64,000 nucleotides of DNA from an uncultured Christensenella sp. (GCA_948466185.1 CAOJZM010000001.1:86742-150741); one strand, 5' to 3'; positions 9,855 through 21,826 are shown, numbered from the stretch's first letter. Notes: generated from the letters alone by a model not told the origin. A program made the numbers and translations.

Positions 9855-10523
9855 ATGACAATTGTGACCTTCTGTTGTATATTGGGCGTTGCAGTTATTT
9901 TGGGTGGACTTTTCGCAACTTTTAAAAGTGGAACAAACCTTTTAAATCTTGCAGTAAAAATGCTTGCCCCTGTTGCCTGCCTTATTCTTGCACTTATTTC
10001 GGCAAATTTATCCTCCTCTTTTGGTGGATATACTTTATTCATTTGCGTGGGTATTTCCTTTGCAATGGCGGCAGAGTTATTTAAATGCGTTAAGCCAAAT
10101 GAGAAAACAAAAGCTGATACACTTTTCCTTGGCGGAGCAAATCTTCTCAGTTTAATTTCGCTTTTGGCGGCCGGCCTTGTTTTAGTCAAATTCAATTTCC
10201 TTGGACTTGGCATGGGATTACTTTTGGGGCTTGGCACCTCCTGTGTGCTTATGATTTTCAGAAAATTAAATATCGCTGAACTTTCCATGACAATCGCCAA
10301 CATTGCAATAAGCGGAATGATTCTAGGACAAGGAATCACGTTATTAATCTCCGGCTTTACAATTTGGGTTTGCGTGATATACTTCATAAGTGCAGTACTA
10401 GCTTTTGCACAACTTGTTTTAAGCGTTTTTGTCAAAGATAACAAAGTAATGCGTATTATATCAGACGCAATCCGCATTATAAGCCTTATCATGTTTGCTT
10501 TCTCAATATTCTTTATGATTTAA
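9855..10523 (+). CDS. polytopic integral membrane protein, unknown function (222 aa)
   Basis: The translation is a series of about seven hydrophobic helices. I preferred it over the fully overlapping antisense ORF (9842-10492), whose sequence is less protein-like. The RBS is weak. Confidence 0.6.
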   Translation: MTIVTFCCILGVAVILGGLFATFKSGTNLLNLAVKMLAPVACLILALISANLSSSFGGYTLFICVGISFAMAAELFKCVKPNEKTKADTLFLGGANLLSLISLLAAGLVLVKFNFLGLGMGLLLGLGTSCVLMIFRKLNIAELSMTIANIAISGMILGQGITLLISGFTIWVCVIYFISAVLAFAQLVLSVFVKDNKVMRIISDAIRIISLIMFAFSIFFMI

Positions 10524-10565
10524 TAAATAAATTGCAAAAAAACACAATTAAATTCAAAATTTGTC

Positions 10566-10594
10566 TTGACATTTTTACTTATAGAGCATATACT
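10566..10594 (+). promoter_or_regulatory. sigma-A type promoter for tRNA-fMet
   Basis: TTGACA (10566-10571), a 17-nt spacer and TATACT (10589-10594). A 7-bp hairpin at 10600-10620 lies in the leader. Confidence 0.6.
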
Positions 10595-10629
10595 AATAAA
10601 GTCCTTAATAAACAAGGACTTAAACATAT

Positions 10630-10706
10630 CGCGGGGTGGAGCAGCTCGGAAGCTCGCCGGGCTCATAACCCGGAGGTCATTGGTTCAAATCCAATCCCCG
10701 CAACCA
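10630..10706 (+). tRNA. initiator tRNA-Met (anticodon CAT)
   Basis: A 77-nt cloverleaf running CGCGGGG...CCCCGCAACCA. The anticodon loop is CTCATAA. It has the C1-A72 mismatch and the GGG/CCC pairs closing the anticodon stem, as in bacterial tRNA-fMet. The CCA end is encoded. Confidence 0.93.
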
Positions 10707-10710
10707 GATG

Positions 10711-10737
10711 AAACGGATCCTATTCGATTCGTTTTTT
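10711..10737 (+). terminator. rho-independent terminator after tRNA-fMet
   Basis: AAACGGATC / GATTCGTTT 9-bp stem followed by a T-run. Confidence 0.7.
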
Positions 10738-10746
10738 ATTATTTAG

Positions 10747-11361
10747 ATGATTAATTTATCTATTTTGCAACACAATATTATTATGAAGCTTTTTAAAAAT
10801 ATTTTATTATATATAAGTGCCTTTATTCCAATGTACTTTTTGATCTTTGTTAAAGTAATCATTGACATTTTTAATGACAATATGTCTTGGAACATTCTTA
10901 ACACCTTAAATCTTTTTACGCTTGTCTTACTTATCTTTTTTGGTTTTATTGGTCTTGTTTGGAACATTCATTTCAACAAGGAAGTGCCGCAAGAGATTGT
11001 TATACTTAAAAAAGAAAACATAACTGACAAGCATTTTCTTGGATATTTTTCACTTTTTGTCTTTTTTGCAATCCCTCTTGACCTCAACTATATAAGCGGA
11101 TTCGTTGTGTATGTGCTTATTATTTTGATGATTGGTATTGTGTATATCAATAACTCTCTTTATTACATTAATCCCCTTCTCAATATGCTTGGTTACAACT
11201 TTTATGACATTACCTATCAAGAGCGTGGCTCTACGCAAGCAAAGAATGCAAAATTCTTTTATAAAGGAACTCTTGAAATCGAGGACAAGACCTATTGGGT
11301 TAAACTTAAAAACACCAATTTCAGTTTTATTGATAAAAATCATCTTAAAAGAGGCAATTAG
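10747..11361 (+). CDS. hypothetical integral membrane protein (204 aa; alternative start at 10783)
   Basis: Four to five hydrophobic helices followed by a soluble C-terminal ~60 aa. No RBS is obvious for either ATG. Confidence 0.6.
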   Translation: MINLSILQHNIIMKLFKNILLYISAFIPMYFLIFVKVIIDIFNDNMSWNILNTLNLFTLVLLIFFGFIGLVWNIHFNKEVPQEIVILKKENITDKHFLGYFSLFVFFAIPLDLNYISGFVVYVLIILMIGIVYINNSLYYINPLLNMLGYNFYDITYQERGSTQAKNAKFFYKGTLEIEDKTYWVKLKNTNFSFIDKNHLKRGN

Positions 11362-11987
11362 TTTGCCTCTTTTTTATTGTCATTTTCAGTTTCTTTATTA
11401 TTGTTTCCTTCTTTCTTAACATTTGTATCAATACTTTTTCTAAATACAACGAATGTTTGCCAAATAAATTCCAGTATGAAATTTATAATCATGCAGATCA
11501 CAAGTGCAATTATATAAGCAAAAGCTTCTCCAAGTGGATCAGTTAATGCTCCTTCTATTGTCGGAACAAACCAAGTTTGAAAAGGATAGAATGGGATGTA
11601 AAAGACAAAAGCAAGAAGCATTGCAATTGGCACATTATTCGCCGCTTTAAATGTAAACTTTCGATTGAATGTAAAGTTCCAAATCACTGAAAGTGCCAAG
11701 CCTATCGTATCAGCAATAAATGTGGAGGTTGATTGTCCCCAGATAAAGACAATTGTCGCATCAGCCGGAATAACATAATCTAATATAACAAGTTTTAAAA
11801 GTAGTGACGAAACAATTTGTATAGCACCAGCAGACAAAGAGAAAAGCACATACTTGACTGCACGCCAAATTTCCTTCTTTTGATTGCTCATTTCCTTTGT
11901 TTTAGGTGTTTCCAGCGTTTGTTCATCCATGTATTTTTGCTCTTCTAAAACTATTTCTTTTTCCTGCTTTTCCTCTTCTTTTTCCAT
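11358..11987 (-). CDS. GtrA-family membrane protein with an acidic N-terminal extension
   Basis: Four TM helices and the FNRKFTF motif typical of GtrA-like proteins. The ~45-aa E/K-rich N-terminus is additional to the family core. Confidence 0.7.
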   Translation of the reverse strand: MEKEEEKQEKEIVLEEQKYMDEQTLETPKTKEMSNQKKEIWRAVKYVLFSLSAGAIQIVSSLLLKLVILDYVIPADATIVFIWGQSTSTFIADTIGLALSVIWNFTFNRKFTFKAANNVPIAMLLAFVFYIPFYPFQTWFVPTIEGALTDPLGEAFAYIIALVICMIINFILEFIWQTFVVFRKSIDTNVKKEGNNNKETENDNKKEAN

Positions 11988-12199
11988 GATAAACCTTCTT
12001 TTTACGGTGTAATAATAGCAAAATTAAAAATCCTTGTCAAATCTTTTTCGTATTCAAGCTTGCGTTTTGCCTGTAACGTCAAAAATTTGCCTTTTTTCGC
12101 CCTATAATATTAAACATGATAAATTCTCCGTTTTTCGATAAAAGCGGCAAAATCGCTTGTTTTTTCCTATAATATAATATATAATATATGTATATATAA

Positions 12200-14173
<1,974 letters not shown>

Positions 14174-14182
14174 GGAGAAAAA

Positions 14183-15316
14183 ATGAAACAAAAGCCTTTA
14201 TGGTTGCAAATGTTATATATCTTTTTAACTGTTGTAGGTTGCGTCATTACCCTAGCAGGAATTTCTGTCATAGCCGATGGAACTGAACCTTTGGTCGCGG
14301 GTATAATATTACTTGTATTTGGCATTGTGTTTACAACTATTTTCTTGTGCCTAAATAGCAACAAAATTATCAAGGCAAAAGATTCAAAAAAATCCAACTC
14401 TAACAAGAAATCCACAAATTCAAATAACAGCGTCAAAACAACAAGAGTTACAACAAAACAAAACCAAAAAACCGAATGTATTACACGAAAAGATTTTGGC
14501 TGCACACAAAAGGATTATGAGGAATATGAGTCTAAACTTAAAACTTTCTTAAGTGACGTTAAACTTCCTGAAAATTTTGAAGAATTTTTATTAGCTTTCA
14601 AATCCTCAAGAAAAAGATATATAATATCAAAAGATAAACAAAACTTTTACAAGATTCAAAAACTAATAGGCAACACAAACTTTCTGAAAAAAAATGAGAA
14701 ATACTTAATTGAAGATGATTATCTTAAACAATTCACTGACATCTTGGTTCTTGGATTTGATGAATATGGTCACGGTTATTTCCTGTTAAGCTTTGAGAAA
14801 AATAAAACCAATCCTCAAGTAATTTTTATAGACAATGAAATCGATACCCCTGTTCTTTTGGCCAATAATTTTGAAGAATTTGTAAAAGGTTTAAAAACAG
14901 TTAACGATCCCGAAATCGAGGAAATTGATCTCAAAAATGATATTATTTTAGGCATTAGATTCAACTTTGAAAAGCAACCCGAGCTTGAGCCAATTTACAA
15001 ACAATATCGCATACTTCATAATAGAATGTACCGCGGCAATTCAAAGGCTTATGAGCAAATAGATGCTTTGGAACAAGGAGAACTTTCAAGACAATGCTTT
15101 GAAGCTTTTAACGGGAAAATAAAGACCCTTGTTAGAAATAATGGAAAGAAGGAAGCTTGGAAAGATGTTATTGGAAATGACTATGAAAAAACCGACTTTG
15201 GCAAACGCAGAATCCTATGTGGACTGCTGCAAGCAAATTTCTTATACTTTCTTCCAAAAGAATATTATATAGACGAGAATAACGATTACCCTGTCGTAGA
15301 AAAAAATAAAAAATAG
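14183..15316 (+). CDS. membrane-anchored SMI1/KNR4 (SUKH)-like protein encoded between gyrB and gyrA
   Basis: Two N-terminal TM helices are followed by a Ser/Asn/Lys-rich linker. Then comes a SUKH-like core (LPENFEEFLLAFKS...LVLGFDEYGHGYFLLSF...PQVIFIDNE...LANNFEEFVKGL) and a ~130-aa C-terminal extension. The RBS AAGGAGAAAAA lies 9 nt after the gyrB stop, and the gyrA RBS lies 9 nt after this gene's stop. Confidence 0.65.
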   Translation: MKQKPLWLQMLYIFLTVVGCVITLAGISVIADGTEPLVAGIILLVFGIVFTTIFLCLNSNKIIKAKDSKKSNSNKKSTNSNNSVKTTRVTTKQNQKTECITRKDFGCTQKDYEEYESKLKTFLSDVKLPENFEEFLLAFKSSRKRYIISKDKQNFYKIQKLIGNTNFLKKNEKYLIEDDYLKQFTDILVLGFDEYGHGYFLLSFEKNKTNPQVIFIDNEIDTPVLLANNFEEFVKGLKTVNDPEIEEIDLKNDIILGIRFNFEKQPELEPIYKQYRILHNRMYRGNSKAYEQIDALEQGELSRQCFEAFNGKIKTLVRNNGKKEAWKDVIGNDYEKTDFGKRRILCGLLQANFLYFLPKEYYIDENNDYPVVEKNKK

Positions 15317-15325
15317 GAGCTTAAA

Positions 15326-17860
15326 ATGGATAAATATGATAATAAAAAGTCTTTAGAAGAAATCTTTAAAGACACAAAAATTGAAAAACTTGACACTGTA
15401 AGCGAACTGAAGCATTCGTTTTATTCCTATGCTATGGCAGTAAATGTATCTCGTGCCATTCCAGATGTTCGTGATGGGCTTAAACCTGTACATAGACGTA
15501 TTCTTTACACTATGGGCGAGCTAAATAATTTCTATGACAAACCTACCAAGAAATCTGCAAGAATTGTCGGTGAGGTTATGGGTAAGTACCACCCACATGG
15601 TGACAGTTCTGTATATGACGCTATGGTTCGTCTTGCTCAGGACTTCTCAATCCGTTATCCACTTGTTGACGGTCAAGGCAACTTCGGCTCGGTGGATGGG
15701 GACCCACCTGCCGCTCAGCGTTATACAGAAGCAAGACTCAGCAAAATTGCAGCTCTTATGTTGGAAGATATTGACAAAGATACGGTAAATTTTTATCCAA
15801 ACTTTGACAACACCCTCATGCAGCCTGTTGTTTTGCCTGCAAAAATCCCTAACCTGCTTATAAATGGTTCTGACGGTATTGCTGTGGGTATGGCAACAAA
15901 CATTCCTCCTCACAACCTAAAAGATGTTTTAAATGGCTTACAAGCCCTAATTGACAATCCTGATATTGACATAGACGAGCTCATTAAATACATCCCCGCT
16001 CCTGATTTCCCTACTGGCGGAATCATTATGGGCCGCACAGCAGTAAAGCATGCCTATAAAACAGGCCGTGGTGGAATTGTTGTGAGAGGACGTGCTGAAA
16101 TTGAAGAACTTTCAAATGGTCGCTCCCGTATCGTCATAACTGAACTTCCTTATATGGTAAACAAGGCACAATTCATTGTACAAATGGCTGACCTTGTCAA
16201 AAACAAACGTATTGAAGGTATCAGCGACATTAAAGAAGAATCCGATCGTGAAGGTATGAGAGTGATTGTTGATATTAAAAAGGATGCAAATGCTCAAGTT
16301 GTGCTTAATGCTTTATACAAACACACACAACTTCAAAAAGGCTCTGGAATTATTTTCCTTGCCCTTGTTGATAACCAGCCACGAATTTTAAACCTTAAAG
16401 AAATGCTCTACTATTATCTTGAACATCAAAAAGAAGTGCTTGTAAGAAAAACTAAATTTGATCTCGCCAAAGCAGAAGAGCGGGAACATATTGTCAAAGG
16501 ATTAGTTATAGCTCTTGCAAACATTGATGAGGTTATACAAATAATCAAATCGGCAGACGATAAACAAGATGCAGCCGAAAAGTTAATGACAAGTTTTGAA
16601 CTTGACGAAATTCAGGTCAATGCAATACTTGAAATGCAGCTGCGTAGACTTACCAGCTTGGAAGTGGAAAAACTTAACCAAGAATTACGCGAACTCGATA
16701 CCTTGATTGCAGATTATAAGGATATTTTATCAAAACCTGAACGTGTTCTCAAAATATTACGTGATGACTTTGAAACTATTAAAAATCAATATGGAGATGC
16801 TCGTAAAACAGAAATCAGCCTTGATGCTGGCGGAATTGATATAGCTGACCTTATTGAAGAAGAAAATGTTGTTATTTCTATGACTCATGCAGGTTATATT
16901 AAACGCATGTCAACCAGCGAATATAAATCACAACATCGCGGCGGAAAAGGAATAACCGCCCACAAAACCAAGGATGAGGATTTTGTGGAAAGGATGCTGC
17001 TCACTTCTACTCATAATGATTTACTCTTCTTTACCACACTTGGTAAGGTTTATTGCATAAAAGCATATGAGGTGCCAGAGGCACAACGCACAGCGAAAGG
17101 AAGAGCAATTATCAACTTGTTACAACTATCCCCTGATGAAAAGGTAACCACTATAATTCCTCGCGAAAAAGATGCCAGCGGCAATCTTATCATGGCAACT
17201 CAAAACGGACTGATTAAAAAGACAAGCCTTAAAGAGTATGAGTCAATTCGCAAAGTTGGCAAGATTGCAATTAAACTTGTGGATAATGACAAATTAATTG
17301 GTGTTGAAGTATCAAGTGGAGATGATGACATCCTTGTTGCAACACATGATGGAAAATGTATCCGCTTTGCTGAAAACGATGTACGTATGGTTGGCAGAGA
17401 CAGCCAAGGCGTGAAGAGTATGAAACTTGCAAAGGAAGACTACATTGTTGACATGAGTATAGTGAAACAAAATTCGGAAGTTATCACCATCTCAGAAAAT
17501 GGCTACGGAAAGCGAAGCAGTATAAATGAATATAGACTACAGTCTCGTGGAGGAAGCGGTGTAAAAGCTGGCATATTCAATGATAAAACTGGCAAACTTG
17601 TTGCCCTTCGTCAATCGGTCAGCGACAATGACATCATGCTTATTGCAGATAATGGAATTATAATTCGCACTCCTATTGACCAAATCAGCACTCTTTCAAG
17701 AGTAAGTATGGGCGTCCGAATTATGAAACTTAGTGAAAACGCTAAGATTGTCAGCGTTGCTCTCACCGAAAAGGAAGAGGAAGCCCCTGAATTTATTGAA
17801 GAAAACGACGAAAACAATCAGGTGACAAATGAAGAATCTAAGCCTGATGATCAAGAATAA
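15326..17860 (+). CDS. gyrA: DNA gyrase subunit A
   Basis: [41 protein letters not shown] (the QRDR region), the catalytic [10 protein letters not shown], and C-terminal beta-pinwheel repeats. Confidence 0.98.
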   Translation: MDKYDNKKSLEEIFKDTKIEKLDTVSELKHSFYSYAMAVNVSRAIPDVRDGLKPVHRRILYTMGELNNFYDKPTKKSARIVGEVMGKYHPHGDSSVYDAMVRLAQDFSIRYPLVDGQGNFGSVDGDPPAAQRYTEARLSKIAALMLEDIDKDTVNFYPNFDNTLMQPVVLPAKIPNLLINGSDGIAVGMATNIPPHNLKDVLNGLQALIDNPDIDIDELIKYIPAPDFPTGGIIMGRTAVKHAYKTGRGGIVVRGRAEIEELSNGRSRIVITELPYMVNKAQFIVQMADLVKNKRIEGISDIKEESDREGMRVIVDIKKDANAQVVLNALYKHTQLQKGSGIIFLALVDNQPRILNLKEMLYYYLEHQKEVLVRKTKFDLAKAEEREHIVKGLVIALANIDEVIQIIKSADDKQDAAEKLMTSFELDEIQVNAILEMQLRRLTSLEVEKLNQELRELDTLIADYKDILSKPERVLKILRDDFETIKNQYGDARKTEISLDAGGIDIADLIEEENVVISMTHAGYIKRMSTSEYKSQHRGGKGITAHKTKDEDFVERMLLTSTHNDLLFFTTLGKVYCIKAYEVPEAQRTAKGRAIINLLQLSPDEKVTTIIPREKDASGNLIMATQNGLIKKTSLKEYESIRKVGKIAIKLVDNDKLIGVEVSSGDDDILVATHDGKCIRFAENDVRMVGRDSQGVKSMKLAKEDYIVDMSIVKQNSEVITISENGYGKRSSINEYRLQSRGGSGVKAGIFNDKTGKLVALRQSVSDNDIMLIADNGIIIRTPIDQISTLSRVSMGVRIMKLSENAKIVSVALTEKEEEAPEFIEENDENNQVTNEESKPDDQE

Positions 17861-17875
17861 ATATTTCAAAATATA

Positions 17876-17905
17876 AACCTGCTTTGAATGCAGGTTTTAT
17901 TTTTC
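17876..17905 (+). terminator. rho-independent terminator after gyrA
   Basis: AACCTGC-TTTGAAT-GCAGGTT stem-loop followed by a T-rich tail. Confidence 0.8.
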
Positions 17906-17979
17906 TGTTATTTTATTGATTTTATTGTGAATTTGTGATAAAATAGGCTGAAAATTTTAAAAACATAAGGAGGTGGCTA

Positions 17980-20046
17980 ATGGATAAGCAAGAACAAAAT
18001 TATTTTGAGGACACCTTATCAATATTAAAAAAAGATATTAATTTAACAAAAAAAAGGATAAATGAAACAGAAGAAGAACTTGAAATCAACAAGAAAAAAC
18101 TATCTGATTCATTCTACGAAATTGATAAAGGTGAAGAACTTGCCAGTGTTTACACCATTTTAACTGCATTAGAAGAAACCAGCGTGGACCAACGCAACAA
18201 GCTTCAAAGACTTGAAAAACAAAAAAAGAGCCCGTATTTTTCACGTATTGATTTTACCCTTACAGGAGAAAATTGCCCTCAAAAGATTTATATTGGCCTT
18301 ACTGGGATTAAAGATAAAGCCAACATGCTTGTCTATGATTGGCGAGCACCAATTTCATCAATGTACTATGACTTTACAATAGGTCGAGCTTTTTATAGAG
18401 TAGGCAAACAATCCCATACCGGAGAAATATCCTTAAAACGTCAATACAAAATTGAAAATGAAACACTACTTGCCTATTTTGATACAAATTTAACCATAGA
18501 AGATGATATTCTTCGTGATGTGTTAAGCAAAAATTCTTCAGTCAAAATGAAACAAATTGTTTCAAGTATACAAAAAGAACAAAATGTAATTGTACGAACC
18601 GAAGAATTTGATAATATTCTTGTTCAAGGTGTTGCAGGCTCTGGTAAAACTTCAATTGCACTGCACCGTGCAGCATATCTGCTTTACAGTCACAGAAACA
18701 CCATCAAAAGTAGTGATATACTTGTTATGTCACCAAACAACATCTTTTCAAGTTATATTTCAGACGTACTTCCAGAGCTTGGAGAGGAAAACCTTATAGA
18801 AACCTCTTACGATCAGATTGCACGCGTTGAATTACGCCGTCCACTTGAAAGCCGAGAAGAAATGCTTGACCGAATTGCAACGACTCCTAGTCAAGATGAA
18901 TTAAATGATATTTCATATAAGTCCAGTTTTGAATATCTTGGCGAGCTTATCAAATTCCTGCGTGGTGATTTCTTGCGTACCTTCACTCCACAAAAACTTT
19001 CTTATGTCATCGGGATAAAAAAGAATGAAAATGACGTAGAACAACCAATAACAGAGGATTTTACTGCTGATCAAACAAGTAAGCTTTTCTTTGACACCTT
19101 CAAAAACATGACTATTGCAGAAAGAATAAACAAGATTGCTTGGCAATACGCAATGTATTTTACAGAAAAACGAGGATACAACAAAGAACAGAATCGAGGT
19201 TTAAGGGATAGATTTAAAAAACTTATATATAATTTCCTACCACTTAAGGACATACATAAAATATTTGAGATATTCCAAACCCGTTTGGGCCTTTCAGTAA
19301 ATAATTCTGATGAAATTGGATATATGGATAAAGGAGCTCTTCTTATCATTAAAAATTATATTTATGGCTTTGAGCATGACTTCTCTGCAAAATACCTTAT
19401 CATTGATGAAATGCAGGACTTTTCCCCTATAGACCTTTTTGTATTCAAGAAACTTTGGTCTTGCCCAAGCATTGTTCTTGGCGACATCAATCAATGTATT
19501 GAAAAGTGTTTAAATCAGGAATATTTGAAACAGGTCAGCGATTTCCTTGGCACTGAACTTATTGAGCTCAAGAAAACCTACCGCTCCACAAAAGAAATTG
19601 CCGAATTTACACACAAAATGATTGGCCTTAAAGATGTTGAGTATGTCAATCGAAATGGGCAAAAACCAAAATTATTTAAAACGCCAGACACGGCAAAAAC
19701 CATTGCAGAGATAATCAAAAATGAATGTGGCGAGTTCGCACACACTGCAATCATATGTAAATGTCAACAAGAAGTAAAAATACTTGCAAAAATGTTAAAC
19801 GGTTATGTTGACTATACTGTGCTTGACCAGCCAGATGACTATAATAATAAAGTAATCTTAACAACATGTGCAACAGCAAAAGGAATTGAGTTTGATTGCG
19901 TTATTGTTCCATTTGCAAATGCTGAAAACTATATTAACAGTCTTGATAAAAACATTCTTTATGTTTCGTCAACCCGAGCCCTTCACAAATTATTCTTCCT
20001 TTCCGACACCACTCCAACCAAATTTTTAAAGGGAATTGAGGAATAA
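17980..20046 (+). CDS. helD: HelD-type (UvrD-like) helicase / RNA polymerase recycling ATPase
   Basis: N-terminal coiled-coil region, then SPYFSRIDF, Walker A (VQGVAGSGKTSIALHRAAYL), Walker B-like (LIIDEMQDF) and a C-terminal UvrD-like motif (TATAKGIEFDCVIV). Confidence 0.8.
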   Translation: MDKQEQNYFEDTLSILKKDINLTKKRINETEEELEINKKKLSDSFYEIDKGEELASVYTILTALEETSVDQRNKLQRLEKQKKSPYFSRIDFTLTGENCPQKIYIGLTGIKDKANMLVYDWRAPISSMYYDFTIGRAFYRVGKQSHTGEISLKRQYKIENETLLAYFDTNLTIEDDILRDVLSKNSSVKMKQIVSSIQKEQNVIVRTEEFDNILVQGVAGSGKTSIALHRAAYLLYSHRNTIKSSDILVMSPNNIFSSYISDVLPELGEENLIETSYDQIARVELRRPLESREEMLDRIATTPSQDELNDISYKSSFEYLGELIKFLRGDFLRTFTPQKLSYVIGIKKNENDVEQPITEDFTADQTSKLFFDTFKNMTIAERINKIAWQYAMYFTEKRGYNKEQNRGLRDRFKKLIYNFLPLKDIHKIFEIFQTRLGLSVNNSDEIGYMDKGALLIIKNYIYGFEHDFSAKYLIIDEMQDFSPIDLFVFKKLWSCPSIVLGDINQCIEKCLNQEYLKQVSDFLGTELIELKKTYRSTKEIAEFTHKMIGLKDVEYVNRNGQKPKLFKTPDTAKTIAEIIKNECGEFAHTAIICKCQQEVKILAKMLNGYVDYTVLDQPDDYNNKVILTTCATAKGIEFDCVIVPFANAENYINSLDKNILYVSSTRALHKLFFLSDTTPTKFLKGIEE

Positions 20047-20202
20047 ATTTATTTCAAAAAATATAAATGTAATTTTATACATTTTTTCGACACTCCGTCA
20101 CCTTTAACACCATAATTTAACTAGTAAACTGGGAATATATTTTAAAACTTTTTCAAATAGTTTATAAAGGTTTTAAATATATTCCTTTTTTAACACCATA
20201 GA

Positions 20203-20373
20203 TATGGACAAAAATGCAGTTTTTATGATAAAGTGGAAATTTTGGGTGTGGAAATGTGGATAACTTCACTTTATTTATCCACAAAACCTTCAATATTCAC
20301 CAAAATGTATAAAAATTAACCCTTTTGTATAAATATTTATTTGTGGAAATGTGGATAACTCAAATGTGGACAA
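20203..20373. promoter_or_regulatory. DnaA-box cluster
   Basis: Perfect TGTGGATAA/TTATCCACA boxes at 20255-20263, 20275-20283 and 20350-20358. TGTGGACAA lies at 20365-20373. Two-mismatch boxes lie at 20203-20211, 20247-20255 and 20342-20350. The 19-nt direct repeat TGTGGAAATGTGGATAACT occurs at 20247-20265 and 20342-20360. Confidence 0.75.
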
Positions 20374-20410
20374 CTTTCAAAAAGTTGTCTTATTTAACGC
20401 TTTATTTCGC

Positions 20411-20439
20411 TTGACAAGTTTCCATTTTTTAATTATTAT
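20411..20439 (+). promoter_or_regulatory. sigma-A type promoter for hisS
   Basis: TTGACA (20411-20416), a 17-nt spacer and TATTAT (20434-20439), about 60 nt upstream of the hisS start. Confidence 0.55.
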
Positions 20440-20497
20440 TAAAGGGCTAAGTAGTGTATCATCTTGTACTATAAGATAGTAAAGATGAGGAGGATAT

Positions 20498-21814
20498 ATG
20501 ATGGATAAAAAGAAAATAACTCCTCGAAAATTGTCAGGTTTTATGGAATTGCCACCAGAAAAGCAAATCATTTTCGATGAGATGAAAGATAAAATTAGAA
20601 AAGTATTCGACCGCAATTGTTTTATGCCCCTCGACACCCCCGTTCTTGAATATGCAGAAATACTTTTAGCAAAAAATAACGGGGAAATTGATAAAGAAAT
20701 TTACCATTTCAAAAAGGGAGATACAGAAATCGCAATGCGATACGACTTCACAGTACCTCTTGCACGATTTGTTGCTATGAACAGCGAAACACTTACATAT
20801 CCTTTTAAACGTTATCAAATCGGTAAGAACTATCGTGGCGAAAAAGCCCAACGAGGTAGATTTAGAGAATTTTATCAATGCGACGCAGACATAATTGGGA
20901 ATGAAAAACTACCTATCGTTGCCGATGCCGAGAGCATTAATACATTTTATCAATGTTATGACGCTCTCAAACTTAATGTTGTAATTCACATTTCAAATAG
21001 AAACATTTTGTTTGGCTTTATTGAAGAACTTGGCTATCAAGAAAATGCTTCTGAAGTTTTAACTATTCTTGACAAACTCGACAAAATAAAAGTTGAAAAT
21101 GCAATTTTTGAATTAAATAAGCTAGGGATTAAAAACGAATCCGCACAACAACTTATTAATTTAACAAACAAAAAAGGAAGCTTTGACGAAGTTTTAGGCG
21201 AAATAAAGAATTTCTCAACAGCCGATACTTATATAAAAGGAATAAATGAAATCACCGAGTTAAGTTCATATCTTCAAGCCTACAAAATTCCTAAAGACAA
21301 ATATGTTTTAGATATTGGGGTAATTCGCGGCCATAACTATTATACAGGAACAATTTTTGAATCTTTTTTACTTGAACATCCTGAATTTGGCGCTTTAGGC
21401 GGAGGTGGCCGTTATGACAATCTTGCCCAGTATTATACTGATAAAAATCTCCCTGGCGTTGGAATGAGTATTGGGTTTACCAAACTTTTTGATTTACTTG
21501 ATTATAATGGACTTCTTCAGGATACTCCTCGCTACCCTGCAGATGTTATCATTATTCCAATGGGCGACACCATAAATAATTGCCTAAACCTTTCCACCTA
21601 TCTAAGAGAGCAGAATATTAAAGCCGAAGTCAACTATGATGACCGTTCTTTCAAAGCAAAACTTAAAGATGCAAACAGAAAAGAAGTTCCTTATGTTATC
21701 ATTGTTGGCGAAAACGAAGTTGCAACCGGCAAATATACACTTAAAAACATGAGAAACAGTGAACAGTTCAGCTTAACAAAAGAAGAATGTATAAACAAAA
21801 TAAAAGCGGAATAA
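20498..21814 (+). CDS. hisS: histidine--tRNA ligase (start may be the second ATG at 20501)
   Basis: Class II motifs are present: FMELPPEKQ, motif 2 (RYQIGKNYRGEKAQRGRFREFYQCDADIIG) and GGGGRYDNL. There is a C-terminal anticodon-binding domain (VIIIPMGD...VPYVIIVGENE). Confidence 0.9.
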   Translation: MMDKKKITPRKLSGFMELPPEKQIIFDEMKDKIRKVFDRNCFMPLDTPVLEYAEILLAKNNGEIDKEIYHFKKGDTEIAMRYDFTVPLARFVAMNSETLTYPFKRYQIGKNYRGEKAQRGRFREFYQCDADIIGNEKLPIVADAESINTFYQCYDALKLNVVIHISNRNILFGFIEELGYQENASEVLTILDKLDKIKVENAIFELNKLGIKNESAQQLINLTNKKGSFDEVLGEIKNFSTADTYIKGINEITELSSYLQAYKIPKDKYVLDIGVIRGHNYYTGTIFESFLLEHPEFGALGGGGRYDNLAQYYTDKNLPGVGMSIGFTKLFDLLDYNGLLQDTPRYPADVIIIPMGDTINNCLNLSTYLREQNIKAEVNYDDRSFKAKLKDANRKEVPYVIIVGENEVATGKYTLKNMRNSEQFSLTKEECINKIKAE

Positions 21815-21826
21815 TCCGCTTTTTAT
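21801..21826. terminator. bidirectional stem-loop between hisS and the convergent ORF
   Basis: AGCGGA-ATAA-TCCGCT stem-loop flanked by an A-run and a T-run. Confidence 0.7.

Noticed and set aside
9842-10492. 216-aa minus-strand ORF that almost exactly overlaps the 222-aa plus-strand membrane-protein ORF.
   Set aside because: The plus-strand product has regular TM-helix periodicity and fits the local transcription direction, following a terminator and preceding the tRNA promoter. The minus-strand product looks like a shadow. My confidence in the plus-strand call is still only moderate.
20047-20497. A firm call of this spacer as the chromosomal replication origin (oriC).
   Set aside because: The DnaA boxes are real. 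However, genes on both sides (gyrA and helD to the left, hisS and uvrC to the right) are on the plus strand rather than diverging. dnaA and dnaN are not in the window, I could not identify a convincing DnaA-trio or unwinding element, and I cannot compute genome-wide GC skew. I therefore report it only as a DnaA-box cluster.
20440-20497. A search for T-box leaders upstream of hisS and of the MetRS-like gene (7347-7355), by analogy with glyQS.
   Set aside because: The untranslated regions are far too short (about 58 nt and 9 nt), and neither contains the conserved T-box sequence.
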